A stretch of 64,000 bases of DNA from Candidatus Bruticola sp. (GCA_051874695.1 JBJEGC010000027.1:18582-82581); one strand, 5' to 3'. Shown: positions 44,250 through 54,535, counted from the stretch's first letter. Numbers and translations are program-made. Notes: a model not told the origin generated them from the sequence alone.

Positions 44250-45896
44250 TTAGTACTTGTGAGCGCCATGAGGACCGATAACTACGTTCCACTGCAGCAG
44301 CAATTCATTGTAGCTGGGCTGCCAGCTGGGCGAGGTCCGGTTATACTGCAGTTTTATAGAGTTCCATTCGTTGGCGATATATTCCGCAAAGGTGGAGACG
44401 CGCTTAGTTTTGCCTTCTTCGACTAAAGGCGATTCGGCTTCTTCGTAGCGTGCGCCTAAACGGAAGTTTCTGTTGCAGCGGTAGGCCAAATAAGTGTACC
44501 AGCCGCTTAAATTTTTATCTTTGATCATATGGTTGTGCTCGTGTGCTTCTGCCTCTTCAATATCTTCAGCTAGGTCTTGCTGATAAGACTGATGAACCTG
44601 CATATACTCACTGCGCCAGACAAATTCTCGGTAGGGATCGGAAGAAGGGCTCCATTTGAGAGTGAGGTCAGCTCCGTTAAGAGAAGAAGAGCGCACGTGC
44701 TCACTATCTATAGAAGAACTGGCGTGGGAAAGTCCCAAAGTTAAAGTTGTGTCATCGTTGAGCTCAGCCATATTTTCCCAGCGGGCGCTGAACATAGGGT
44801 TATGCTTTCCTTCATTGGGGAAGAGAGCGAATTCTTCCTCGCCTTCAGCCTCTTCATCGTGGTGAGAGTGGCCTCCGGTACGGCTGGTTACTGAAGCGGA
44901 AACTTTTGAGTACCACGGAGTGGGCAGCAGCCAAGACAGCTCAACCCCTGGAGTAGACAATCCTTCATCGCCCAAAAATTCAGTATAGGGAAGAGGGCGA
45001 TCTATTTGCGGCAAAGCGTGAGTATGTGTGGAATTTAAAGCACCAAATTCAGTGCGCATCTTTCCGGCGCGCAATTGTAGACCGTGGCTCAGCCCCATAT
45101 ATTGTATAAACGCTTCCTCTAATTCTGGGCCTTCATCTTGATGGGCGGCAAAAGTGGCCTCCAAACGGGTGGAAGGATCGACCGGAGCTGAAAGCTGCAG
45201 CTCGGCTTCCTGAATAAAAAAGCTGTTTTTAGTTGAGCTGTCCTCTTGTCCGCCCAATTGGCCTCCTCCCAAGAGAACTAAAGAAATATTGGGGTTCATG
45301 TCGGGCTGCTGTCCGCTGGCTTGGGCGGTGGCTTCTTGGGGAGCTTCGGCTGCTGAAGGAGGTTCAGGCCCTAAATCTTCTGTTTCACCATCGTCAGCTT
45401 CGGCATCGGTGGCCAATTCAACAGGAGTGTCAGAGCCGTTGAGGGCGTTATTTTCAGTTTGTTTTTTCTCAATGGTATTAGCGGCCGTGTCTTGATTAAT
45501 TGAACGGCTTGTTTCAGCAGTATCGGCTACAATTTCAGTTTGGAATTGCTCATCCGCCTGCTTGGCTGTAACTTGACCGCGGCGCATTTCATCAAGTTGA
45601 GAGCGCATTTCATCTATCTGAGCTTGCTGCTTTTCGATTAATTTTGATTGAGCTTCCAGTAAACGCTGCTGTTTTTGAAAAAGTTCCTGCAGCTCGCCTA
45701 ACGATTGAGGAGAAGCTTCGGCGGTGGGAGCAGAGTCATTTGAGTTTTGTGCCTGATCTGTGGCGTTTAGAGAAGCTGTAGGGCGGCCGCCTTCGGCGGA
45801 GTCAGTCGTTCCGGCCTGAGCTGGAAGGGACAAAGGGCCTGTCAGAGCAGCACCGAGCAGACCAATACCCAAAAGGTGCAGGTGTAGTTTATGCAA
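44250..45896 (-). CDS. Putative metal-regulated outer-membrane beta-barrel (porin) with coiled coil and His/acidic loops
   Basis: Signal peptide, coiled coil, MNPNISL, EAELQLSAPVDP, FGALNSTHTHAL, HSHHDEE, HEHNH, C-terminal GPHGAHKY; AGGAGA RBS. Confidence 0.8.
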   Translation of the reverse strand: MHKLHLHLLGIGLLGAALTGPLSLPAQAGTTDSAEGGRPTASLNATDQAQNSNDSAPTAEASPQSLGELQELFQKQQRLLEAQSKLIEKQQAQIDEMRSQLDEMRRGQVTAKQADEQFQTEIVADTAETSRSINQDTAANTIEKKQTENNALNGSDTPVELATDAEADDGETEDLGPEPPSAAEAPQEATAQASGQQPDMNPNISLVLLGGGQLGGQEDSSTKNSFFIQEAELQLSAPVDPSTRLEATFAAHQDEGPELEEAFIQYMGLSHGLQLRAGKMRTEFGALNSTHTHALPQIDRPLPYTEFLGDEGLSTPGVELSWLLPTPWYSKVSASVTSRTGGHSHHDEEAEGEEEFALFPNEGKHNPMFSARWENMAELNDDTTLTLGLSHASSSIDSEHVRSSSLNGADLTLKWSPSSDPYREFVWRSEYMQVHQSYQQDLAEDIEEAEAHEHNHMIKDKNLSGWYTYLAYRCNRNFRLGARYEEAESPLVEEGKTKRVSTFAEYIANEWNSIKLQYNRTSPSWQPSYNELLLQWNVVIGPHGAHKY

Positions 45897-45901
45897 TTCG
45901 A

Positions 45902-45966
45902 TTCTCCTATTTTCGGCTTATAGAAAAAGAGTTGTATATAGTTAAATTGCAGGGCCGAAAGGAGAA
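45902..45966 (-). promoter_or_regulatory. SD-sequestering stem-loop for the porin gene
   Basis: mRNA UUCUCCUUUCGGC (45966-45954) pairs with GCCGAAA-aua-GGAGAA (45917-45902), which contains the SD. Confidence 0.7.
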
Positions 45967-46367
45967 GGGGGAGAGCGTCCTGTTTGTGAGACAGTGCCTA
46001 GACTAAGGTGGAAATAGCTATAATACTCTGCCGGTTCATGCTGCTGAGCGTTGGGGTAAGGAGGCAAAATAAGGCAATCATTTTGACCCAGCTGAGTAAT
46101 AATCTGGCAAGAAGAACAGTCGCCTTCTTGAGCGGCAGAAGCGCTTTCTAAGTGGATGAAACGCTCGGCACAGTGACAGAAAGCGGCCCGATCAAAAAAC
46201 TTAATTCGATAGCAGCGGGCCGCTTCAGAAGAAAAGATATGGCTACCGTGTGGATGCAGCCAGAGCGCCCCTTGAATCGGCACAAAGAAAAAAAGCAGCA
46301 GCAAACAGATAGTTCCCAAAGAACCGAGCTTATTTGCACTGTTATTTTGGTGCCGCGTCTGTAACAT
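45942..46367 (-). CDS. DUF2946-like leader protein (signal/TM, HxH, CxxC, C-terminal RSPP)
   Basis: Hydrophobic N-terminal segment, HPHGSH, CSSC and TGRSPPS near the C-terminus; directly upstream of the metal-uptake operon. Start at 46367 or 46388. Confidence 0.75.
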   Translation of the reverse strand: MLQTRHQNNSANKLGSLGTICLLLLFFFVPIQGALWLHPHGSHIFSSEAARCYRIKFFDRAAFCHCAERFIHLESASAAQEGDCSSCQIITQLGQNDCLILPPYPNAQQHEPAEYYSYFHLSLGTVSQTGRSPPSPFGPAI

Positions 46368-46440
46368 ATAGAATAAGTATCGAAGCAACTACAGGTAATT
46401 CTAGGATTGGCCCATTATAGTTCAGCCTTTTTTGTTCGTC

Positions 46441-46466
46441 AATGATAATGAAAAATCATCAACATT
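46441..46466. promoter_or_regulatory. Possible Fur/Zur-family operator
   Basis: Imperfect palindrome AATGATAATGAAAAATCATCAACATT resembling Fur/Zur boxes, upstream of the metal-uptake operon. Confidence 0.45.
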
Positions 46467-46585
46467 AAGCAAAGAAGTTCTCTGGCAGCTCGATTCAGAT
46501 TTACTACATAGTATATCTAAAATTTTGTGCAAAAAATGGCCTTTTTCTGTAGGGTAAAAGCATTTAAATATTAAATAATAGGCCT

Positions 46586-47836
46586 ATGAAGACTGTAGCA
46601 ATGTTGTTAGCCGGCGGGGAGGGCTCACGACTCACCGTACTCTCTGAAAAGAGGGCTAAGCCCGCTGTTCCTTTTGCCGGGAAGTTTCGTATCATTGATT
46701 TTACCTTGTCGAACTGTGTAAACAGCGGCATCAACACTGTAGGAGTGCTTACTCAATATCGCCCCCACAGCCTTTCCGACCATATCGGTATCGGTAAGCC
46801 TTGGAATCTAGATCGTAACCGGGGCGGAGTGCGCATTCTGCCTCCTTATCAAGAGCGCGGAGGACAGCATTGGTATGCAGGCACAGCCGATGCTATCTAC
46901 CAAAATCTTGGTTTTATTGAGAGCAATAACGCCGATTTGGTGCTTATTCTCTCTGGCGATCATATCTATAAAATGGACTATAACGCCATGATTGCCGCCC
47001 ATGTCGCCAACCACGCCGATCTAACCGTGGCTGTTATGCCTGTGCCTATCGAAGAGACGCACCGTTTCGGCATTATGGTAGTAGATGGCGAGGGGCGCAT
47101 TACTGAATTTTACGAGAAGCCCAAAGAGCGCGATAAAGGTAATTTGGCCTCTATGGGTATTTACATTTTTAATGCCGACGTTTTAGCGGAGCGGCTCAAA
47201 GAAGATCCGGGCGTCAAGGTCGATTTTGGCAAAGATATTATACCTTATATGGTGGAGCGTGGTGATCGCGTATTCAGCTATCGCTTTGAAGGCTACTGGG
47301 TCGACGTCGGTACCATCGATTCTTACTGGAATACTAATTTAGAACTTCTCAAAGATGTTCATGGTCTCGACCTGTACTCTAATAAGTTCCCGATTATGAC
47401 TCTTTCTGAAGAGCGTCCGGCCGTAAAAATTGGTCCGCAGGCTAAAGTAGAAGGCAGTTTGCTATCTAATGGTTGTGTAATTAGGGGTACTGTTATTAAC
47501 AGTGTGCTCTCTCCAGGTGTTTATGTCAGCCCTGGAGCTGTAGTTATGAATTCTGTTTTAATGAACGATACTTGGGTTGGCCCCGGAGCCCGTCTGGATA
47601 AGTTGGTGCTCGACAAGCGAGTCGTTGTGGGAGCCGGAGCACAGGTCGGCGTTGGTGATGAGAGTGTGGCCAATGAAGCTATGCCCGATAAGCTTTTTGC
47701 CGGTATTACTGTGGTAGGCAAAGATTCAATAATCCCCGAGGGAGCTAAAATCGGCCGCAATGTGCTTATAGGCATCAACAAAGACGAACAAGATTATCCC
47801 GAAGACAGAATCGTAGGCGACGGCCAGAGCATTTAG
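46586..47836 (+). CDS. glgC: Glucose-1-phosphate adenylyltransferase
   Basis: [40 protein letters not shown] and YWVDVGT motifs. Confidence 0.95.
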   Translation: MKTVAMLLAGGEGSRLTVLSEKRAKPAVPFAGKFRIIDFTLSNCVNSGINTVGVLTQYRPHSLSDHIGIGKPWNLDRNRGGVRILPPYQERGGQHWYAGTADAIYQNLGFIESNNADLVLILSGDHIYKMDYNAMIAAHVANHADLTVAVMPVPIEETHRFGIMVVDGEGRITEFYEKPKERDKGNLASMGIYIFNADVLAERLKEDPGVKVDFGKDIIPYMVERGDRVFSYRFEGYWVDVGTIDSYWNTNLELLKDVHGLDLYSNKFPIMTLSEERPAVKIGPQAKVEGSLLSNGCVIRGTVINSVLSPGVYVSPGAVVMNSVLMNDTWVGPGARLDKLVLDKRVVVGAGAQVGVGDESVANEAMPDKLFAGITVVGKDSIIPEGAKIGRNVLIGINKDEQDYPEDRIVGDGQSI

Positions 47837-47866
47837 CTCGTCTGCGCTCAGACAAAGGAGCAAATT

Positions 47867-49129
47867 ATGTCTAATACATTAGCAATGATTATGGCTGGAG
47901 GGGGCAGTCCCGGCCTAAGCGTGCTTACCGAAGTTCGCGCCGATGCTGCTGTAGAGTTCGCCGGTAAGTTCTGCCTGATCGATTTTCCACTCTCCAACTG
48001 CGTAAACTCCGACATTTACAATGTGGCCGTTCTGACTCAGTACCGCCCGCAAACGCTCAATACTCATATCGGAACTGGTACTCCTTGGGATCTGGACCTA
48101 AATCAGGGTGGCGTGCATTTGCTGCAGCCCTACAAAGGCGGAATCTACGGAGATTGGCAAAAGGGCACAGCCGATGCCGTGCGCCGCAATCTCGATTTTA
48201 TAATGGCGCAAAGTGAAGAGTACGTTTTAATTTTGTCCGGTGATCACATCTACTCGATGGATTACCGTCCCTTAATTAATGCTCACATTGCCAATAATGC
48301 CGATATTACCATTTGTGTGCGCAATGTGAACAGTTTTGACGCTCATCGTTACGGAATGTTGTTAGTCAACAATGATCAGCGAGTATACGGCTACGAAGAA
48401 AAGCCGAAACGCTCTCGCAGTTGTTTGGCCAATATGGGCATTTACGTTTTCCGTAAAGATTTCTTAGTGAAAATTTTAACCGAACATGAAATGAATGACT
48501 TCGGACGCGATCTGCTTCCTTACGTAATCAACAATCATTATCGCGTGTTCAGTTACTATTTCCCCGGTTACTGGGCCGATGTCGGCAATATTCAGTCGTA
48601 TTGGGAAGCCAATATGAGCTTGCTGGCTGAGGAACCTGCTCTCGATCTTTATGATAACGGCTGGGTAATTCATACCCGTTCTATGGATCAGGCTCCTGTG
48701 CGTATTGGCAATCAGGCTAAAGTTGCTGACAATATCCTTTCTAACGGATGTCAGATAGACGGCGAAGTCTGTCGCAGTGTTATCTCTTCGGGGGTCATTA
48801 TCGAAGAGGGAGCAGTAGTAAAAAATAGCATTCTCATGCGCGGCGTCTATGTGAAAAGAGGCTGTGTGATTGACCGCTGTATTATCGATTGTGACTGCGT
48901 AATTGGTGAGAACTGTCAAGTTGGCACCGGTGAAGATATTGTGCCTAATAATGAAATGCCGGGCGTTTTGAATACAGGTCTTACCGTTATAGGACGAGGT
49001 CGCACTTTAGCTCCTGGAACTGTAGTCGGACGCTCAGTAATTATTCACCCTTCTCACGGTGTGCGGCGTGCTCCCGAAATAACCGGTGAAATCGCCAGTG
49101 GAGCCAGCATAGGCGAAGCCGAGCGTTAG
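47867..49129 (+). CDS. glgD: ADP-glucose pyrophosphorylase paralog, probable non-catalytic GlgD-like subunit
   Basis: GlgC-like throughout, but GEGSRL is replaced by GGSPGL and RAKPAV by RADAAV. Confidence 0.75.
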   Translation: MSNTLAMIMAGGGSPGLSVLTEVRADAAVEFAGKFCLIDFPLSNCVNSDIYNVAVLTQYRPQTLNTHIGTGTPWDLDLNQGGVHLLQPYKGGIYGDWQKGTADAVRRNLDFIMAQSEEYVLILSGDHIYSMDYRPLINAHIANNADITICVRNVNSFDAHRYGMLLVNNDQRVYGYEEKPKRSRSCLANMGIYVFRKDFLVKILTEHEMNDFGRDLLPYVINNHYRVFSYYFPGYWADVGNIQSYWEANMSLLAEEPALDLYDNGWVIHTRSMDQAPVRIGNQAKVADNILSNGCQIDGEVCRSVISSGVIIEEGAVVKNSILMRGVYVKRGCVIDRCIIDCDCVIGENCQVGTGEDIVPNNEMPGVLNTGLTVIGRGRTLAPGTVVGRSVIIHPSHGVRRAPEITGEIASGASIGEAER

Positions 49130-49160
49130 CTATTTTACATTGTGCTCTAGGGCTTAAATG

Positions 49161-49201
49161 AAATAGCCGCCTCATCGTTTTAACGATAAGGCGGCTATTT
49201 T
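49161..49201. terminator. Bidirectional terminator
   Basis: AAATAGCCGCCT...AGGCGGCTATTTT between convergent genes. Confidence 0.8.
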
Positions 49202-49222
49202 ATTTGGTATAGGGTGCGAATG

Positions 49223-50638
49223 TTAGTTGCTCAAACGGCCCGGACGGCTCATTAAGCGTCTTAACACCACATAATAGACGGCCCCAGACATAATGAAGGA
49301 AAATACTTCAGCAACCGGCTGGCCGCTGATCACTCCAAACATACCGAAGTAATGATCGAGCAGCAGAGTAATTGCTATATTGAAGAAGCCGAGGCGTACA
49401 GCTGAAAGGATAAAGGAGGCTTTGCCTAAGCTCATGGCCTGCAAACCGTAAGAAATTAAGAAGTTAATAACGGTCAGAGGTACTCCCAAGCTGGCTAGGC
49501 GCAAGAATTTAGCTCCTAATTCTATAGTGGCTTCATGGTCAATAAAGAGGGAGATAATTTCTCGGGAGAAGAGCCAGGAAACGACTACGCAGACGACTGA
49601 GAAAATCAGACTGCAGATCCAGGCAAATTTAGTTATATCCCACATGCGTCGGTAATTTTTGGCTGCGTAATTGTAACCTACCAACGGCATGTAGCCCTGG
49701 CATACGCCCATACTTATGTTGATAGGCAGCATTTCGATTTTTTTGACAATACCGAAAGCAGCTATAGGCACATCGCCGTATTGAGCGGAAAGGCGTACAA
49801 TCATAAAGTTGCCGATTCCGGCTAAAAGTGTATTTATGGCTGAACTTGCTCCAATAGAGACTACTGGCCAAAAACACTGCCAACGATAATAGCGCGGATT
49901 TAGCGACATGCTGATACATTTTTGACGACGTAGGCGGATCATAACAAAAATAAAGTAGGCACATGAAACTAATCCGGAAATTAGAGTTGCCGCCGCTACT
50001 CCGGTAACATCCATCTTGAATATAAATATAAAGATCGGATCTAATAATATGTTGAGAATGCCGCCCAGCATGAGTCCGAAACTAGCTTGTTTGGCGTGGC
50101 CGTCGCTGCGCAGTAAGTTAGCTATCCCTAAATTTATAGTTGTAGGTACTGCGCCTATAACCACTACATAAAACATGTAGCGGCGAGCGTATTCTATAGT
50201 GCCGCTGCCGGCTCCCAGGGTATATAAAATTTGGTCTAAAAATAAGTAGCTGAGCAGCGAATACAGTAAGGCTGAGGCTATAATTGTGTAGAAACTGAAA
50301 GCGCTTACATGCTTAACTTCTGCCTCTTTGCCAGAGCCTAGCAGTCGAGAAATTACGCTGGCTCCTCCTAGACCAAAAAGGTTTCCTATAGCATTTAAGG
50401 AGTAAAATAGGGGAAAAGTCAAAGACAGAGCTGCCACCATATAGTGGTTGTTAAGCTGCCCTATGAAGTAAGTGTCAGCTGCATTGTAGAGAACGGTAAT
50501 CAGCTGGCTGAGAATGGTCGGAATAGATAGAGCCGTTACGGCTCGAGCAGGTGACATCTGCTCAAATAGTTTTTTGTTAGTGGCATTGTTTTCGACTTGA
50601 CTGCCATCGGAATCGTGGTACGGTTGCTGAATAGGCAT
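49223..50638 (-). CDS. MATE family efflux transporter (MepA-like)
   Basis: YNAADTYFIG, LRSDG, NILLDPIFIF, P.VGYNYAA; about 12 TM segments. Confidence 0.93.
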   Translation of the reverse strand: MPIQQPYHDSDGSQVENNATNKKLFEQMSPARAVTALSIPTILSQLITVLYNAADTYFIGQLNNHYMVAALSLTFPLFYSLNAIGNLFGLGGASVISRLLGSGKEAEVKHVSAFSFYTIIASALLYSLLSYLFLDQILYTLGAGSGTIEYARRYMFYVVVIGAVPTTINLGIANLLRSDGHAKQASFGLMLGGILNILLDPIFIFIFKMDVTGVAAATLISGLVSCAYFIFVMIRLRRQKCISMSLNPRYYRWQCFWPVVSIGASSAINTLLAGIGNFMIVRLSAQYGDVPIAAFGIVKKIEMLPINISMGVCQGYMPLVGYNYAAKNYRRMWDITKFAWICSLIFSVVCVVVSWLFSREIISLFIDHEATIELGAKFLRLASLGVPLTVINFLISYGLQAMSLGKASFILSAVRLGFFNIAITLLLDHYFGMFGVISGQPVAEVFSFIMSGAVYYVVLRRLMSRPGRLSN

Positions 50639-50664
50639 AATACAAGGGAACAAAGGGGCGACGG

Positions 50665-51204
50665 TCAGCAGTGTTGAGCTACATATTCTTGAAACTCTTC
50701 AGTTTTTGACCAATATTTTATACCCCAGTTTTCAAAATTCCACTCCTCCATATAATTGTTGCACTCATAATCAATATAAAAAAGTTTGCCGCGGCATACG
50801 ATAAAATTAGTGGGAAAGTAATCAATATTTATGCCTTTAGGATACAGTAGAGCACACATCCCCTTTATTTGGCGCAGATAATCGGCCTTCATTTGATCTT
50901 GGCGCACGCAGTCAAAAATAGTTGGACCGGGGATATACTCTTTAAGAATGCGTTCGTTAACTGTATCTGCATCGATTAGCTTGGGCAAAGGCAGGCCCAA
51001 ATCGGCTAATTTAGCGTAGTCATTCAATTCACTGGCCATTTTATCGCCAAATTGGTAATAAGAGCAGGGTTCGTGATGGATTTGCTTGACTACAAATTGA
51101 CCGCTGCCCTGCTTAGGTGAAGCTAAGTAGGAGTAGCCTCCCTTGCCTTTGCCCAGCAGTTTCTCAATATTAAATTCTTTCCCGTTGACGCTGATTACGT
51201 TCAT
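50665..51204 (-). CDS. Minimal protein-kinase-like (PKL) fold protein
   Basis: Gly loop LGKGKGGYSY, VVKQ, KEYIPG, IDYFPTNF and IDYE. Confidence 0.75.
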   Translation of the reverse strand: MNVISVNGKEFNIEKLLGKGKGGYSYLASPKQGSGQFVVKQIHHEPCSYYQFGDKMASELNDYAKLADLGLPLPKLIDADTVNERILKEYIPGPTIFDCVRQDQMKADYLRQIKGMCALLYPKGINIDYFPTNFIVCRGKLFYIDYECNNYMEEWNFENWGIKYWSKTEEFQEYVAQHC

Positions 51205-51228
51205 ATTTGTATATGCATTATAAAAAAC

Positions 51229-52575
51229 TTAGTGCTTGAGGATTCTTTTTTGATATTGACCGCAGCCGGGGTGTCCCAAGAAGCGCCCATCTTTTATAAG
51301 AATTTGTCCGCGGACAATTACGATCTGAGGAGCAGACGATACCTGACGCCCCTCATAGGGAGACCAATCGGCTTTTTCATGCAGAGTAGAGGCGGAAATA
51401 GTATAGGGCTCACGGCTCCATATAACTATATCGCCATCGAAGCCTACTTGCAGTGCTCCCTTATTGTTTAAACCGACTATGCGAGCCGGGTTGGTACAGC
51501 ACACCTTTACCCAGCGCTGCAGGCTCAGGTTAGGCAGATCTTTGATGAGCATAAAACGTGTTTCTACAGAACTGAGACCGCCCGGAACTTTGTTAAAGCT
51601 TTCGGGACGCATCTTTTCAGCTTTGGTAAAGGGACAGTGGTCGCTGGATACCGAGTCTAGGCTGCCGTTAGCTAAGGCTGCAGCTAAGGGAAGCTGTTGG
51701 CCTTGAGGACGTATAGGAGGAGAGCAGATAGGCAACGGCCCCATAGAGTTAAAGACGGAGCTGTTTAAGCAAGTGTAATGAGGGCAAGTTTCTGCGAATA
51801 CAGTTTGACCGCGCTGCCGCGCTTTAGCTATGGGAGGCAGATCTTCAGCACAGCTCTGATGGAATAAAAATATGTCTGATTGGGTTGCGTAAGCAATATC
51901 TAAGACGCGGCGCACCGCCTCTCCTTCGGCCCAAGCAGGACGGCAGGTCGGATGATTCTCCGGTCCAGTTTGGCCGCTAGCTACAGCGCTTCTGATTAGT
52001 TCTTGAATTAATGGCCAATTTTCTGCATGTACTAGGGGCAATCCGCCTGCTTGGGCGATGCTTTTAAAAGATCGGTAAAGTTGACCGTCATCAAGAGTAA
52101 AGGCATAAGCGGTGTAATGCTTAAAAGTGGGACAGCCGTTTTCTACAATTGAGGCTACTTCTGCTAAATTTTCTATATCGTGGGGCAGAATCGACATGTG
52201 TAGGCTGAAGTCGGTACAGGCCTGTTCCTGAGCTTCTTGACGCCGTTTTTCCAAAGCTTCCTTCATAGTTTGGCCGCTTTTTGTTTCCACAAAATCCATG
52301 GTAGTGGTAGTGCCGCCGAAAAGGGCTGCTTTGGTACCTGAAGCAAAGTTGTCGCTAGTCCAGCAGCCTCCAACAAAGTAGCTCATATGAGCGTGAACAT
52401 CGACGCCTCCGGGAGTAACTAGTCGCTCTGCGGCGTCTATAATTGTTGTATCTTCATTTTTTAGAAAAGTCAGATCTTGGCCTAAAGCGCAAATTTTGCC
52501 ATTTTTAACAGCTATATCGCCTTTAAATATTTGGCTATCAGTTACAATTACACCGTTAGTTATCAATAAATCCAT
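51229..52575 (-). CDS. hydA: Dihydropyrimidinase / D-hydantoinase
   Basis: PGGVDVHAH, GGTTT, VHAEN, ETCPHY, CSPPIR, SSDHCPF and DWSPYEG motifs. Confidence 0.9.
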   Translation of the reverse strand: MDLLITNGVIVTDSQIFKGDIAVKNGKICALGQDLTFLKNEDTTIIDAAERLVTPGGVDVHAHMSYFVGGCWTSDNFASGTKAALFGGTTTTMDFVETKSGQTMKEALEKRRQEAQEQACTDFSLHMSILPHDIENLAEVASIVENGCPTFKHYTAYAFTLDDGQLYRSFKSIAQAGGLPLVHAENWPLIQELIRSAVASGQTGPENHPTCRPAWAEGEAVRRVLDIAYATQSDIFLFHQSCAEDLPPIAKARQRGQTVFAETCPHYTCLNSSVFNSMGPLPICSPPIRPQGQQLPLAAALANGSLDSVSSDHCPFTKAEKMRPESFNKVPGGLSSVETRFMLIKDLPNLSLQRWVKVCCTNPARIVGLNNKGALQVGFDGDIVIWSREPYTISASTLHEKADWSPYEGRQVSSAPQIVIVRGQILIKDGRFLGHPGCGQYQKRILKH

Positions 52576-52638
52576 ATTTTATTCCTCTGTTGCAGCTAAG
52601 TGAGAGAAAACTTATGGGGATCAATTTCTGCTTAAATT

Positions 52639-52679
52639 AAAAGTACCTTCTTGGCAGCGGCCCTCCTGGCTGAAGGTAC
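52639..52679 (-). terminator. Possible terminator after aspS
   Basis: GTACCTTC...GAAGGTAC stem with a U4 tract on the minus strand. Confidence 0.45.
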
Positions 52680-52744
52680 CGGCTAAAAAGGCACTTTGTA
52701 CTTAAAGCTGCCCGATAAGAATACAGCCTACTCAGTCAAAAAAA

Positions 52745-54535
52745 TTACAGATCGTACTTCAAGTGTACGAGCTTCATTTGCTCATCGGTAACTACTACGG
52801 GAGCGCCGGTCATTAAATCGACACCATTGGTATTTTTGGGGAAGGCGATTACCTCGCGAATGGAAGTTTCTCCGGCCAGAAGGGCGGTCAGACGATCGAG
52901 ACCCAAAGCTATACCTGCGTGAGGAGGGGCACCATAGCCGAAGGCGTTGAGCAGGAAACCGAATTTTTCTTCGGCTTCTTCTATGGAGAGGCCGATGCAT
53001 TTTAAAATGCGCTCCTGCATAGTGCGCTGGTGAATACGCACGGAACCGGAGGCCAGCTCACAACCGTTGAGTACTAAGTCGTAAGCGGCAGCGCGCACTT
53101 CTAAAGGCTTGGTTTCTAATTTGTCCATATCGCTAGGCAGAGGACTGGTGAAAGGATGATGTTCTGCTTCCAAACGATTCTCTTCTTCGTTCCAGGAGAA
53201 CATGGGGAAGTCGATAACCCAGAGGAATTTGAACTCTTTGGGATCGAGCAGATTCAAGTGGTTAGCAATATCGAGGCGAACTTTACCCAGAGCCAGACTG
53301 AGTTCCTTGACGGGCCCAGCTGCCAGAACTAACAGGTCGCCAGCTTGGGCGCCGCCGACTTGGCAGATCTGCATAGTTTTTTCTTCGCCTAAGAATTTGA
53401 GCAGACTAGATTTGACACCTTCGTCGGTGCGGCTGACAAAGAAGAGGCCGGGCAGTTTGGCTGCTACAGCAAAACTCTTGAACAGATCTTGCTCTTTGCG
53501 GGTGGCTTTTCCCTGTCCTTTTATGACAAAACCTTTAATGGCTTGGTCGGCCTCAATAGCTTGATCAAAAGCTCCGAAGCCAGTTTTGCCAATTACATCG
53601 GTAAAATTCTGAATGGCCATGTCGACGCGCAGGTCGGGTTTATCAGAACCGTACTTTTCGATAGCTTTGGCGTAAGGCATACGGGGCAGCTGTTCTGGAA
53701 TGGGAATATTGAGAGTTTTGACAAACAAGTGCTGGATCAGTCCTTCAATCATGTTGAGGACGTCGTCGCGTTCTACAAAAGACATCTCCATGTCTATTTG
53801 AGTAAATTCAGGCTGTCTGTCGGCGCGCAGATCTTCATCGCGGAAGCAGCGGGCAATCTGGAAATAACGATCGAGACCGCTGACCATAAGCATTTGTTTG
53901 TAAAGTTGGGGAGACTGAGGTAAGGCATAGAACTTGCCAGGATTGACGCGACTGGGTACCAAATAGTCGCGGGCTCCTTCAGGAGTGGAAGCCATCAGAA
54001 CAGGGGTTTCAATTTCGTAAAAACCGTTGGCATCGAAATAGTCGCGCACTGTTTTGGCTACTCTATGGCGCAAAGCTAAGTTGCGCACCATACGGGGTTT
54101 GCGCAAATCGAGATAACGATACTGCATGCGCAAGCCTTCATCGGGAGCCTGATCATCGGAAATGTGAATAGGCAGAGTTTTGCACGGATTAAGTATGTGT
54201 AGCTCTTCTACATTTACTTCTATATCTTTAGTGGGCAGAGTTTCGTTAGTAGAAGGAACGGCGCGGGGAGCTACAGTGCCTATAGCGGCGATAACAAACT
54301 CATTGCGCAGACTGCCGGCTTTGGCGAAAACTTCCGGAGTAACAGATTGATTGAATACACACTGAGTCATACCGCTGCGATCGCGCAAATCGACAAAGAT
54401 CAAACCGCCTAAATCTCGGCGTCGGTCAACCCAACCCATAAGTACGACTTTTTTACCTGCATCGGCCAGGCGCAGATCACCGCAGTAATGGGTGCGCTTC
54501 AGGCCATTTAAAGGTTCAGGGCTGAACTCTGACAT
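52745..54535 (-). CDS. aspS: Aspartate--tRNA ligase
   Basis: RTHYCG, RYLDLR, PEGARDYLVPSR, FRDEDLRADRQPEFTQ, HHPFT and GAPPHAG motifs. Confidence 0.98.
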   Translation of the reverse strand: MSEFSPEPLNGLKRTHYCGDLRLADAGKKVVLMGWVDRRRDLGGLIFVDLRDRSGMTQCVFNQSVTPEVFAKAGSLRNEFVIAAIGTVAPRAVPSTNETLPTKDIEVNVEELHILNPCKTLPIHISDDQAPDEGLRMQYRYLDLRKPRMVRNLALRHRVAKTVRDYFDANGFYEIETPVLMASTPEGARDYLVPSRVNPGKFYALPQSPQLYKQMLMVSGLDRYFQIARCFRDEDLRADRQPEFTQIDMEMSFVERDDVLNMIEGLIQHLFVKTLNIPIPEQLPRMPYAKAIEKYGSDKPDLRVDMAIQNFTDVIGKTGFGAFDQAIEADQAIKGFVIKGQGKATRKEQDLFKSFAVAAKLPGLFFVSRTDEGVKSSLLKFLGEEKTMQICQVGGAQAGDLLVLAAGPVKELSLALGKVRLDIANHLNLLDPKEFKFLWVIDFPMFSWNEEENRLEAEHHPFTSPLPSDMDKLETKPLEVRAAAYDLVLNGCELASGSVRIHQRTMQERILKCIGLSIEEAEEKFGFLLNAFGYGAPPHAGIALGLDRLTALLAGETSIREVIAFPKNTNGVDLMTGAPVVVTDEQMKLVHLKYDL

